A stretch of DNA of 64,000 bases from Gemmatimonadaceae bacterium (GCA_019752115.1 JAIEMN010000020.1:138267-202266); one strand, 5' to 3'; positions 29,363 through 38,443 are shown, counted from the stretch's first letter. Translations and numbers: made by a program. Notes: generated by a model not told the origin, from the letters alone.

Positions 29363-30175
29363 TCAGATGTCCGAGGCGCCCGCCGCGAGCTCCTGCGTAT
29401 ATCGCATCTCCGCCGTATACCGCAGCTGCGCAAACCGCGCCAGCAAATCCGCCTCCGTCACGCCGGTGCGCTCGGCGCCGACCAGGTCGGCGACGATGGT
29501 GCCACGGTGCACCATCACCGTGCGGTCGCCGAAGCGCACCGCGTGCTCCATGCTGTGGGTGACCATCAGCGCGGTGAGCTGCTGGCTGCGCACCAGATGC
29601 TCGGAGACCTGCATGACCTGTTCGGCGGCACGCGGATCCAGTGCGGCGGTGTGTTCGTCGAGCAGCAGGAGCGCCGGGCGCTTGAGGGTGGCCATGAGCA
29701 GCGTGATGGCCTGACGCTGGCCGCCGCTGAGCGTGCCCATGAGCGCGTCGACGCGATGCTCGAGATGGAGGCCCAGCGAGGCCAGCTGCTCACGGTAGGC
29801 GTCGCGGGTGCGGCGCGTCAGTCCGAGCTGCAATCCGCGCCGCTCACCGCGTCGCGCCGCGAGGCGCAGGTTCTCGCCCACCGTCATGGAGGGACACGAT
29901 CCCTTGAACGGATCCTGAAAGACGCGACCGATGAGCGCGGCGCGCGTGTGCTCCGCCTGGTGGGTGACGTCCGTCCCGGCAATCCGAATGCTGCCTTCGT
30001 CCACCGCGAACGTGCCGGCAATGGCGTTGAGCACGGTGCTCTTGCCCGAGCCATTGGTGCCGATCACGGTGAGGAACTGCCCGGCGGGCATCGTGAGCGA
30101 CACGCCGCGAAGGGCGCGCACCCGATCGCCGCCGGGCTGATCGAAGGTCTTCACGAGATTCGTGAGCTCAATCAT
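29363..30175 (-). CDS. ABC transporter ATP-binding subunit (aromatic amino acid importer type)
   Basis: GTNGSGKST, RVFQDP, LSGGQRQ, LLDEHTAALDP, MVTH. Confidence 0.92.
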   Translation of the reverse strand: MIELTNLVKTFDQPGGDRVRALRGVSLTMPAGQFLTVIGTNGSGKSTVLNAIAGTFAVDEGSIRIAGTDVTHQAEHTRAALIGRVFQDPFKGSCPSMTVGENLRLAARRGERRGLQLGLTRRTRDAYREQLASLGLHLEHRVDALMGTLSGGQRQAITLLMATLKRPALLLLDEHTAALDPRAAEQVMQVSEHLVRSQQLTALMVTHSMEHAVRFGDRTVMVHRGTIVADLVGAERTGVTEADLLARFAQLRYTAEMRYTQELAAGASDI

Positions 30176-32106
30176 GACGCGCGCCCTCCCGGGAAGAGGC
30201 GCCGGCGGAGCGCCGGCGCCGTCAGTGTCAGCAGCACGAAGCCCGCGGTGGCGAGTTTGAGATCAACCGGGTCGAGCCCAATGCGCAAGGCGAGCGCAAT
30301 GAGCAGCCGGAAGAGAATGGCTCCGACCGCCGCCATGGCAATCGTGGTCCCGAGGCGCTGCGTGCGGCGTTGCAACGTTTCGCCGAGAATCACGGCGGCC
30401 ATACCGGCGACAAGCGTGCCCACGCCCATCGTGACATCGGCAAAGCCCTGGTACTGCGCGATCAGCGCGCCCGAGAGCGCCACCAGGCCGTTCGCGAGGG
30501 CCAGCCCGAACTCCACCATGCCGCGGCGATCCACGCCCTGGGCGGTGATCATCGCGGCGTTGTCGCCGACCGCCCGCAGCGCCATGCCGAAGACGGTGCG
30601 CAGGAACCAGGTGAGCGTCACCCCCAGGAGCAGCGCGAGCAGCGCAAACACGGCGCCGAAGGTGGCATCACTCGACCACGACGCCATCGCCGGCACGAGG
30701 GTGCGCAGCTGCGTGGCGACGGTCGCCTGATCGAGCAGTGAGAGATTCGAGCGCCCCATCACGTGCAGATTCACCGAGTAGAGCGCGGTCATGACGAGAA
30801 TGCCGGCGAGCAGTTCCGCGACGGCAAAACGGGTGTGCAGCACGCCGGTGACATAGCCTGCGGCCATGCCGACGACGAGTGCGGCCAGCGTGGCGAGCCA
30901 CGGGTTGAGGCCAGCCAGGATGCCCATGGCACACACGGCGGCACCGAGCGGCAGCGTGCCGTCGGGGGAGATGTCCGGAAAACGCAGCACGCGTGACGCG
31001 ATGTACACGCCCCACGCGAGCGAACTGAACGCCAACCCCAGCACCACCGCCGAAAACCAGAACGCCCACGGTGAGGTCGCCGCGGGGGCGGCTGCGCTCG
31101 CGTTCGCGGGAACCGGTGTCGCGGCGCGCGACGCCGCCGAATCGCCCGCGAGCGGAATCACTTTGGCGGCGCGCTGTACGATGGAGTCGGCGATCGTCAC
31201 GCCAAAGTCGCGGGCGGCCCGCAGATCGATGATCAGCTGATCCTTTGCGGTGACAGCGAATGGCACCGTGGCGGGATCGGCGCCGCGCAGCACCTTGATG
31301 AGCAACAGCCCCTGGCTGTAGCCGTTGTCGTAGAAGCTGTTCCCCAGCGCCATCGGGGCGCCGACATACCCGGTATTCGAGGGCACCACGGGCATGTGCA
31401 GTTCCCGCGCGGCCTTGATGAGCGCCGAGAAGCCGCCGCCAATCATGATGCTCGGGATCTGCATGATGCCATCGACGCCCTGAGCGCGAAGCGCCTGCAC
31501 CCCGGTCGCGATGTCCTGTGGACTGGTGCAGGCGACCAGCACGAAGCGGATCCCGAGCGCCTTCGCCGTTTCGCGCGCCATCGTCATGTAGTGCTCGGCG
31601 AACGGATCGGCGGGATCGTACAGCGTGCCCCACACCTTCGCGGCGGGAAACGCGCGCACCGCGAGGGCGAGCGCCGAGTCCGCCGGCTGAGGAATGGCCG
31701 CGCCCGTCACCGTGGGTCGATGGGAGGTAGGACTCGTCCCCGCCCCGATGACGTACGGATTCGCCACGGCGCCAAACACAATCGGGCGATCGGTGATGAT
31801 CTTGAGCGCGGTCTGTGTCGCCACCGAGGAGAGCGGCGCCACATGCGTCACCCCCTGCCGAAGGAATTCGTTCAGGATGAGCGACAACGTGGGGATATCG
31901 CCCTGCGCGTTGCGCTCGATGATCCGGATGTTCCGATCCGCGACAAACCCGGAGTCGGCGAGTGCCTGATGGAGGCCCGCGCGGGTTTCGTCGAGGATCG
32001 CCAGCGAGGAGACCTGGACGATCCCAACGACCGGACGGTTCGCCGGTGGCGCAGCGCTCCGGGAGCAGGCGGCCAGGGCCAGCGCGGCCGGCAACAGGGG
32101 ACGCAC
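30172..32106 (-). CDS. Fused ABC substrate-binding lipoprotein + permease
   Basis: Lipobox LAAC; RNAQGD/FGAVANP SBP motifs; Ala/Pro linker; then permease motifs FPDISPDGTLPLG, LAGILVMTALYSVN and YQGFADVTMGVG. No internal stop. Confidence 0.85.
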   Translation of the reverse strand: MRPLLPAALALAACSRSAAPPANRPVVGIVQVSSLAILDETRAGLHQALADSGFVADRNIRIIERNAQGDIPTLSLILNEFLRQGVTHVAPLSSVATQTALKIITDRPIVFGAVANPYVIGAGTSPTSHRPTVTGAAIPQPADSALALAVRAFPAAKVWGTLYDPADPFAEHYMTMARETAKALGIRFVLVACTSPQDIATGVQALRAQGVDGIMQIPSIMIGGGFSALIKAARELHMPVVPSNTGYVGAPMALGNSFYDNGYSQGLLLIKVLRGADPATVPFAVTAKDQLIIDLRAARDFGVTIADSIVQRAAKVIPLAGDSAASRAATPVPANASAAAPAATSPWAFWFSAVVLGLAFSSLAWGVYIASRVLRFPDISPDGTLPLGAAVCAMGILAGLNPWLATLAALVVGMAAGYVTGVLHTRFAVAELLAGILVMTALYSVNLHVMGRSNLSLLDQATVATQLRTLVPAMASWSSDATFGAVFALLALLLGVTLTWFLRTVFGMALRAVGDNAAMITAQGVDRRGMVEFGLALANGLVALSGALIAQYQGFADVTMGVGTLVAGMAAVILGETLQRRTQRLGTTIAMAAVGAILFRLLIALALRIGLDPVDLKLATAGFVLLTLTAPALRRRLFPGGRAS

Positions 32107-32293
32107 GGCGCGGCGTACGACGCGTTGAAGATTCAGCAGCGGATCCTCGTCGATCGCTGGAAAGTGGAGAGTGCGGCAGCTGGGACGAAAAGAATACGAT
32201 CCGGCTCACAACTTTGCGCTCGGCGGGTATACTCCCGCGTAGTGCTCCCAATGGTGCAGGTCGCGAATAATCCGACCAGTCGCAACGTCCCTC

Positions 32294-33148
32294 TTGGTGC
32301 TCATGTCGCAGGAAGCGGTCGTCTACACGGTCAATCTCATCATCGGCGTCATTCTGGCCGCGGTGATGAGTCAGCACTGGCGGCTGGAAGCCGGCGGCCT
32401 CTCGCTGCGCTTCTGGATCGTGGCCGCGTGGGTGCTGACGGGTGCGGACCTGCTCTTTGTGTTGCGCGGGGCCAGCGCCCCGCCGCTGCTGCGCGCGCTG
32501 CCGACGTTGGCGGTCACCGCCGGACATGCGCTGTTGCTGCTGGCGGCCCAACAGGTCACCGGCCGCGCGCCAATGCGCCGCGTCGCCGTCGCTGTCGTGC
32601 TGGGGCACGCCGCCCTGCTCCTGGGCTACATGACGGTGCCTGGACTGAGTGGCTGGCGCACGATCACCAACGGCATCGTCTGGGGCGCGCTGACGTTGTG
32701 GGCGGCGGCGATGCTCTGGGAGTCACCGGCGCCACTCACCCGGATGCTCCGGGTACCGGCCATCGTGCTCGCGGCGCACGGCGGCTTTCACGCCATGCGC
32801 ATCACGCTCGCCACGCAGGTGCTGGCCGAGCCCGGCAGCGGCACGGCGGGGCTGGTGCAGCTCCTCGGTGACTTCGAGGTCAGCCTGTTCATGGTGAGCC
32901 TCTTCGTCTCCGTGCTCGTGGCCTTCCTTCGGCAGAGCAACGCCGAGCTGCAGGCCGCGCTCGACAACGTGCGGCAGCTGTCGGGGATGCTCCCGCTGTG
33001 CGCGTGGTGCAACAAGGTGCGCAACGACGACGGCTACTGGCAGCGCATCGAACAGTATCTCGCCACGCACAAGGTCAGCGTGACGCACGCGCTGTGCGAA
33101 AGCTGTGCGGAGCAGCAGATCGCGGAGCTCGAGCGCACCCCCGGCTAG
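32294..33148 (+). CDS. Multi-TM membrane sensor with C-terminal Cys/His (CxxC...HxxCxxC) domain
   Basis: About seven hydrophobic segments, then a coiled coil, then LPLCAWCNKVRNDDGYW...HALCESC. Confidence 0.75.
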   Translation: MVLMSQEAVVYTVNLIIGVILAAVMSQHWRLEAGGLSLRFWIVAAWVLTGADLLFVLRGASAPPLLRALPTLAVTAGHALLLLAAQQVTGRAPMRRVAVAVVLGHAALLLGYMTVPGLSGWRTITNGIVWGALTLWAAAMLWESPAPLTRMLRVPAIVLAAHGGFHAMRITLATQVLAEPGSGTAGLVQLLGDFEVSLFMVSLFVSVLVAFLRQSNAELQAALDNVRQLSGMLPLCAWCNKVRNDDGYWQRIEQYLATHKVSVTHALCESCAEQQIAELERTPG

Positions 33149-33154
33149 CACGCG

Positions 33155-33487
33155 CTAGGGCATCGGCGGCTTTGTCGGCGCTTTGGCCGGGGCCTTGGCC
33201 GGTCGCGTCATCGCGCGGTTGATGCGACGCTTCTCCGCGGCCGACAGACCGACCGTCGGCTTGGGCGGCAGGACCACGGGAGCGGGCTGCGCCTCGAGGG
33301 CCGTCTTCGACGGCGTGAGCGAGGGGGCCGGCGGCACGCTGTCCTTGGTCGGCGGCGCGGGCTTGGCCGCCGCCCCGCCCCGCAGTCCAGCGGGCTTGAT
33401 GGCCTGCGCCTGCGACGCCGCGGGGGCGGTCAGTCCGATCGCCAGCAGGAGGCCGGCGCCGATCGCGAGATGAGAAGGGGTCGTCAT
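33155..33487 (-). CDS. Small secreted Pro/Ala/Lys-rich hypothetical protein
   Basis: Signal-peptide-like N-terminus MTTPSHLAIGAGLLLAIG; fills the gap between neighbouring genes. Confidence 0.5.
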   Translation of the reverse strand: MTTPSHLAIGAGLLLAIGLTAPAASQAQAIKPAGLRGGAAAKPAPPTKDSVPPAPSLTPSKTALEAQPAPVVLPPKPTVGLSAAEKRRINRAMTRPAKAPAKAPTKPPMP

Positions 33488-33506
33488 GCCGCTAATATGC
33501 GCCGTC

Positions 33507-33887
33507 ATGACCCAACGTGTCGTTGCCGCCGTCGTGCGCCGTGGGGCGCAGCTGCTCGTGTGCCAGCGCCCGGCCCACAAGCGGCATGGCGGACTCTGGG
33601 AGTTTCCCGGCGGGAAGTGCGAGCCCGGGGAATCGGATCATGACGCCACCGCGCGTGAGCTCGATGAAGAACTCGGAGTCACCGTGCGCGCCGTGGGCGC
33701 ACCGCTCTTCACGGCGCACGACGAGGGATCACCGTTTGAGATCGTCTTCCTGCCGGTCGAGATCGACGGCGAACCGGAGCGGCGTGAACACGATGCCCTC
33801 TGCTGGGGCACGCCGGCCGAGCTGTTGCAGCTCCCGCTCGCGCCGAGCGACGATCGCTTCGTGCGGTCGCTCGTGCCGTGGGCGTGA
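33507..33887 (+). CDS. NUDIX hydrolase (MutT-like)
   Basis: Nudix box WEFPGGKCEPGESDHDATARELDEELG. Confidence 0.9.
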   Translation: MTQRVVAAVVRRGAQLLVCQRPAHKRHGGLWEFPGGKCEPGESDHDATARELDEELGVTVRAVGAPLFTAHDEGSPFEIVFLPVEIDGEPERREHDALCWGTPAELLQLPLAPSDDRFVRSLVPWA

Positions 33888-33919
33888 TCGGCTGATCGGC
33901 TGATCGCCGATCGCCGGTG

Positions 33920-35590
33920 CTACTCGCGCGTCATGTCGTACGCGAGGTCGTACAGCATGACGTCGACGATGCCGATGAACACCTGCAGGAACAGTGCGCC
34001 CGAGAAGGCCATCCCGGCGACCGCGCCGAGCACGGGAAGGGCGCTGGCCGGTGCGACGGCCAGGACTCGCAACACGCCGATCGCGGCGAAGACCATGATG
34101 GTGGGGAGTACCGCGAGCGCGATGAGCTGCGCGATGGCCATCGTGGCAAACGCCCGGGTGGGCAGCACGGCCGCCATCCGCTCGAGGCGCTCGGGGGTAC
34201 TCGTGGCGCCGCCGTGCCGGAAGCCGTCCACATAGGCGAGCATGTTGCGGAGTCCGTTGCCCTTGGCGGCCTTGCTGGTGGCCAGATAGCGGGTGAACGC
34301 CACGCGCAGCCAATCCAGGTAGAGCGCGGCCCCATCGCGTTCGCTTCCGGAGACGGCGCGAGCGGCCCCGCGCCAGGTGAGGCGGGCAAACGGTCGGCTA
34401 CGCAGATCGCCAAACACCGCGGCGATGCTCGCCATCGCCATGGGCGTGGCGGCGAGCATGCCGCTCGGGACGATCATCAACCAGAGCACAGGCTGCAGGA
34501 GCCGCGGCGCCCAGGCGAAGAGCAGGTATCCGGCGGTCGCGAGTAACCCGGGCATCGCAAAGCAGAGCCCGAGCACCGACAACTCGGGCATCCGATCGGC
34601 GAAGACGCCGAGCGCGCGCCGCATGCTGTCGCCAAACCCCGAGGCATGCGCGCGCAACGCGGCGGCGAAGGCGGGGGCCGACTGAAAGCGCTCGGCGGGC
34701 GTCTTGGCGAGCGCACGACGCAGCACCGCATCCACCCCTGGCGGGATGGCGCGATCGGCGGGCAGCGCCGGCACCTCGGCGACGAAATGCTGCCGCAGGA
34801 GGGCCATCGTATCGCCCTGGAAGGGGAGCACACCCACCAGCATCTGGTAGACGACCACGCCGAGGCTGTAGAGGTCGCTCCGCCAATCGACGTCATCGCC
34901 GACACACTGCTCGGGCGACATGTAGGCCGGTGTGCCCACCGATTCGCCCACCTGCGTCGCCGGACCGTCGGTCTCGGGTCGTGCGCGCGGCGCGACCGCT
35001 GCTCGCTCGGGGAGTGCCGTGAGGCGCGCGTCGGCGGGCCGCTGCGCGAACTGCGCGTCGCGCAACTTGGCGATGCCGAAATCCAGCAGCGTCACGTGAA
35101 AGCCGCCACGCGCATCGGGCGTGAGCCAGATATTGGCGGGCTTGAGATCGCGATGCACCACACCGGCGTGATGCGCGGCGGCGAGCCCCTCGGCGACCTG
35201 CGCCACGATATCGACCACTTCGCGCAACGCCAGCGCGCCGCGCTCGTGCAGGACCTCCTCGAGGGTCTGCCCCGAGAGTCGCTCCATGACGAGATACGCG
35301 ATGTCCTGCGTATCCACGCGATCGACGCCAAAATCGGTGACGTTGACGACGTGGCGATGCTGGATGCCCCCGGCGGCGCGCGCTTCGCGCGTGAATCGCT
35401 CGACGGCGAGCGGATCGGCCAGCAGCTCGGGGTGCACGATCTTGAGCGCGACATCGCGGCCGATGCCGACATGCTCCGCGAGGTAGACGGCGCCCATGCC
35501 GCCTTCACCGAGTCGACGCCCGATCCGGTACTTTCGCTCGAGGACCCGACCGGTCAGCGCGTCGGCGTCGGTCTGCAGCGGCGCCGCCAA
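33920..35590 (-). CDS. Hanks-type Ser/Thr protein kinase with C-terminal membrane region
   Basis: LGEGGMGAVY, VALK, HRDLKPAN, LLDFGIAK, GTPAYMSPEQ, DLYSLG. Start probably TTG 35590, 4 bp after the upstream gene's stop. Confidence 0.9.
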   Translation of the reverse strand: MAAPLQTDADALTGRVLERKYRIGRRLGEGGMGAVYLAEHVGIGRDVALKIVHPELLADPLAVERFTREARAAGGIQHRHVVNVTDFGVDRVDTQDIAYLVMERLSGQTLEEVLHERGALALREVVDIVAQVAEGLAAAHHAGVVHRDLKPANIWLTPDARGGFHVTLLDFGIAKLRDAQFAQRPADARLTALPERAAVAPRARPETDGPATQVGESVGTPAYMSPEQCVGDDVDWRSDLYSLGVVVYQMLVGVLPFQGDTMALLRQHFVAEVPALPADRAIPPGVDAVLRRALAKTPAERFQSAPAFAAALRAHASGFGDSMRRALGVFADRMPELSVLGLCFAMPGLLATAGYLLFAWAPRLLQPVLWLMIVPSGMLAATPMAMASIAAVFGDLRSRPFARLTWRGAARAVSGSERDGAALYLDWLRVAFTRYLATSKAAKGNGLRNMLAYVDGFRHGGATSTPERLERMAAVLPTRAFATMAIAQLIALAVLPTIMVFAAIGVLRVLAVAPASALPVLGAVAGMAFSGALFLQVFIGIVDVMLYDLAYDMTRE

Positions 35591-35594
35591 TCGC

Positions 35595-35867
35595 CTACTT
35601 CCCGCCCTTCGCCTTCCACTGGTCGTACTCCGCCGGCATGCACACGGCGCACGGGCGATAGCCGGCCGCGATCGCGGTGGCTTCGTCGGCAAAGAAGACG
35701 CGCTGCTGTTCGTAGCTGCGGCCGGTGCCCAGCGCCCGTCGCGCGGCCTTGCAGTCGAGGCGCCCGTAAATGCGATTCTTGCGGTGGCCGCCGATCGTGC
35801 CCTTGGTGGGGCTTGGGTACGGCGAGCCGTCGGGGCCGATCAGCGTGTAGAACGGTCTCTCAGTCAT
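35595..35867 (-). CDS. Stand-alone Ada metal-binding-like domain protein
   Basis: IYGRLDC...VFFADEATAIAAGYRPCAVC; TACCTT-N6-ATG start. Confidence 0.8.
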   Translation of the reverse strand: MTERPFYTLIGPDGSPYPSPTKGTIGGHRKNRIYGRLDCKAARRALGTGRSYEQQRVFFADEATAIAAGYRPCAVCMPAEYDQWKAKGGK

Positions 35868-35914
35868 GGGCGAAAGGTAGCCGGGCCCCCTAGGGGCCCG
35901 CGCACGGGTGCCGT

Positions 35915-36883
35915 TCAGCCCGCGCCCACCGCGTCGCTGGCCCGCAGTCGCCACGGGATGTCCGCTTCGGCGGCATTCCGCCGCCGGAATTCGCCGGGCG
36001 ATTCGCCCACGGCCTTCTTGAACGCCTTGGAAAACCCAAAGGCGTCCTGATAGCCCACGGCGAGCGCCACCTGCTCGAGCGTCTGCGTGCCGTCGGTGAG
36101 CAGCCGCATGGCGCGCTGCAGCCGCACCGTGCGGAGATAGGCGAGCGGCGTCTCGCCCATGGCATCGCGAAAGCGTTCGGCCAACACACTGCGCGAGAGC
36201 CCCACCGCGCGCGCCAGCGCCTCGAGTGTCCAGTCGCGCGCGAACTCCTGATGCAGGAGCGTGACCGCGTGCCGGATGTGTGGCTCACGCACCGCCTGGC
36301 TCCACCCGGACGCGCGGGCGCCCTGCTGCTCGACCACGACGCGCAGCAGCTGCGTGAAGAGCACATCGAGCAGGCCGTGCAACACGGTCTCCCGCCCCAA
36401 CCCCTGCTGCCGCGCCTCCTCGGCGAGCATGGCCACGGTCAGCGACACGGGGCTGAGCGACAGTGTCCGTTCGGCGCGCAGCACGAACCAGGGGGGCAGT
36501 TCGGTGAAGAACGGATGCAGCGGGGCATTCCACAGCTGATAGGCACCACTGACCAGCGCGGCGCTGCTCTCCCCGGGGTGCGCCTCGCGCGGCTGCCCCG
36601 TGGGCGCGAGTGAGATGTCATCGACCGGCAACCCGGCGAGGGTGGCGGCCCCGCTCAGCAGATGCTCGCAGCCCCGGGCCATGATGGCGATATCGCCGGC
36701 CGCGAGCGCGATCGGGGCGGGCTCGCCCGGGGCGTGGATATAGGCGGTGCCCGTGAGCACCACGTGAAAGCCCACGCTGCGGTCGCAGGGGAAGCGCAGG
36801 GCCCGCGCCGCGGGCAAATGGTGCAGATCGAGCAGGCGCCGGCGCAGGCCGGATTCCCGGAACAGGTCGGTCAGGACGTCCAT
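35915..36883 (-). CDS. AraC family transcriptional regulator (Cupin_6 + HTH)
   Basis: GFHVVLTG cupin; WTLEALARAVGLSRS...VGYQDAFGFSKAFKK. Divergent from the NmrA-like gene. Confidence 0.93.
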   Translation of the reverse strand: MDVLTDLFRESGLRRRLLDLHHLPAARALRFPCDRSVGFHVVLTGTAYIHAPGEPAPIALAAGDIAIMARGCEHLLSGAATLAGLPVDDISLAPTGQPREAHPGESSAALVSGAYQLWNAPLHPFFTELPPWFVLRAERTLSLSPVSLTVAMLAEEARQQGLGRETVLHGLLDVLFTQLLRVVVEQQGARASGWSQAVREPHIRHAVTLLHQEFARDWTLEALARAVGLSRSVLAERFRDAMGETPLAYLRTVRLQRAMRLLTDGTQTLEQVALAVGYQDAFGFSKAFKKAVGESPGEFRRRNAAEADIPWRLRASDAVGAG

Positions 36884-37020
36884 ATCCCAAAGGTATCATT
36901 CTTCGGACGATTGGACAATAAATCGAGACTTTATGCCATTTTGCGTCTGTGAGGACCGGGCCATCATGGGTACGGGCGGGGCCGACTCCCGGCGCCGCAT
37001 CTCTCGATCCGGAGTGGCAG

Positions 37021-37866
37021 ATGTCGACGTACTTGGTGGTAGGGGCCAATGGGACCGTGGCGCACGAGGTCGCCCGTTTGCTGGAAGCGGCGGGGCATGT
37101 GGTCCGTCGCGGCACGAGCCGGGCGGCGGGGGCGGGGCAGGTGCATATCGATCTGGTGAGCGGCGCGGGCATCGATGACGCCCTGCGCGGCGTGGATGGC
37201 GCCTTCGTCTTCGCGCCGCCGGGCTACACCAATCAGGACGTGCTGCTGCCGCCGGTGTTTGCGGCCGCGCAGCGCCTGGGGGTGCGCAAGGTGGTCATGA
37301 TGAGCGCCATGGGGGCCGATGCCAGCGACGAGGCGCCGATGCGGAAGGCCGAGTTGGCGCTCGAACGGTCGGGGGTCGCGTGGAACGTGATTCGCCCCAA
37401 CTGGTTCATGCAGAACTTCCACACCTTCTGGCTGCACGGCATCACGCACCACAACGCCGTGCAGCTGCCGGTGGGTGACGCCCGGACGAGCTTCATCGAT
37501 GCGCGCGATATCGCCGCGGTGGCGGCGGCGTTGCTCCAGCGCGCGGACTTCGACAATCAGGCGTTCGATCTGACGGGTGGCGCGTCGCTGACGCACGCCG
37601 AGGTGGCCGCGATCCTGTCACGCGAACTCGATCGCCCGATCCGCTTTGAGGACATCACCTCGGAGTCGATGCGTCCCGGGCTGCTCGCCGCGGGGCTCCC
37701 GGCCGACTACGTCGAGTTTCTCCTGCTGATTCTGTCGTATCTCAAGGCCGGCTACGCCGAGCGCACGACCGATGCGGTGGAGCGCATCACGGGGCGTGCA
37801 CCGCGAACCTTCGAGGCGTATGCGCGCGATTTCCGCGCCGCTTATCCCTCGCCGGTGGCCGCCTGA
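37021..37866 (+). CDS. NmrA-like NAD(P)-binding oxidoreductase
   Basis: LVVGANGTVA, IRPNWFMQNF, FIDARDIA; GGAG SD. Confidence 0.88.
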   Translation: MSTYLVVGANGTVAHEVARLLEAAGHVVRRGTSRAAGAGQVHIDLVSGAGIDDALRGVDGAFVFAPPGYTNQDVLLPPVFAAAQRLGVRKVVMMSAMGADASDEAPMRKAELALERSGVAWNVIRPNWFMQNFHTFWLHGITHHNAVQLPVGDARTSFIDARDIAAVAAALLQRADFDNQAFDLTGGASLTHAEVAAILSRELDRPIRFEDITSESMRPGLLAAGLPADYVEFLLLILSYLKAGYAERTTDAVERITGRAPRTFEAYARDFRAAYPSPVAA

Positions 37867-37993
37867 CGGTGACGACCCGTTCGTTCAGGGCGGGGGCCAA
37901 CGGTAATTCGGTCGTATTGGCCCTTTGCGCGGCCCTCGCTCTCCCCTAGCTCTCAAGAGAGGCATTTTCGCACCTCAGGTGCGTTCTCTCGAG

Positions 37994-38416
37994 ATGGATG
38001 GTCCCGTGGCAGCAAGCGTTTCGCATATCCGGCATTTCGTGCATTACCACGACTCGGAGGTGCTCGGGATCAATTTCGCGAAAGTCGCCTCGTGGAGCGT
38101 TCTCGCGAACAAGCGCGTGCGCGATCTCGCGGGCGACTTCGTGTGGATGATCGGCCGCGAGGCCGCCACCGCCGAGCACTATCTCTTCGGCCGCTTCCGT
38201 GTCGATAGCGACGCGCCGGGCAACCACGACCAGTTCAAGTACCGCATCTCGGGCCGCACCGGCCTGTGGCTCAAGCCGGCCGTGCCGCTCAGCGACCTGC
38301 CGTGGTTCAGCCGCCTCCAGCAGAAGCCGGCCGGCGGTTTCGTGGCGGTGACCGACGAGGAAGTCCTCGACGGCCTCCGCCACGTCGTGCATCCGCCCGT
38401 CGCCGCCGTCGCCTGA
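37994..38416 (+). CDS. Hypothetical protein (possible PUA/EVE-like fold)
   Basis: 140-aa beta-rich ORF (DFVWMIG...HYLFGRFRVD...LSDLPWF) with typical codon usage. The fold call is inference. Confidence 0.6.
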   Translation: MDGPVAASVSHIRHFVHYHDSEVLGINFAKVASWSVLANKRVRDLAGDFVWMIGREAATAEHYLFGRFRVDSDAPGNHDQFKYRISGRTGLWLKPAVPLSDLPWFSRLQQKPAGGFVAVTDEEVLDGLRHVVHPPVAAVA

Positions 38417-38443
38417 CGCGCTCGGCGGAGCGGGCATCGCGGC

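Noticed and set aside
32107-32293. T-box or riboswitch leader for the amino-acid ABC importer
   Set aside because: No T-box consensus, terminator/antiterminator pair or riboswitch core was recognisable by eye. An Infernal/Rfam scan would settle it.
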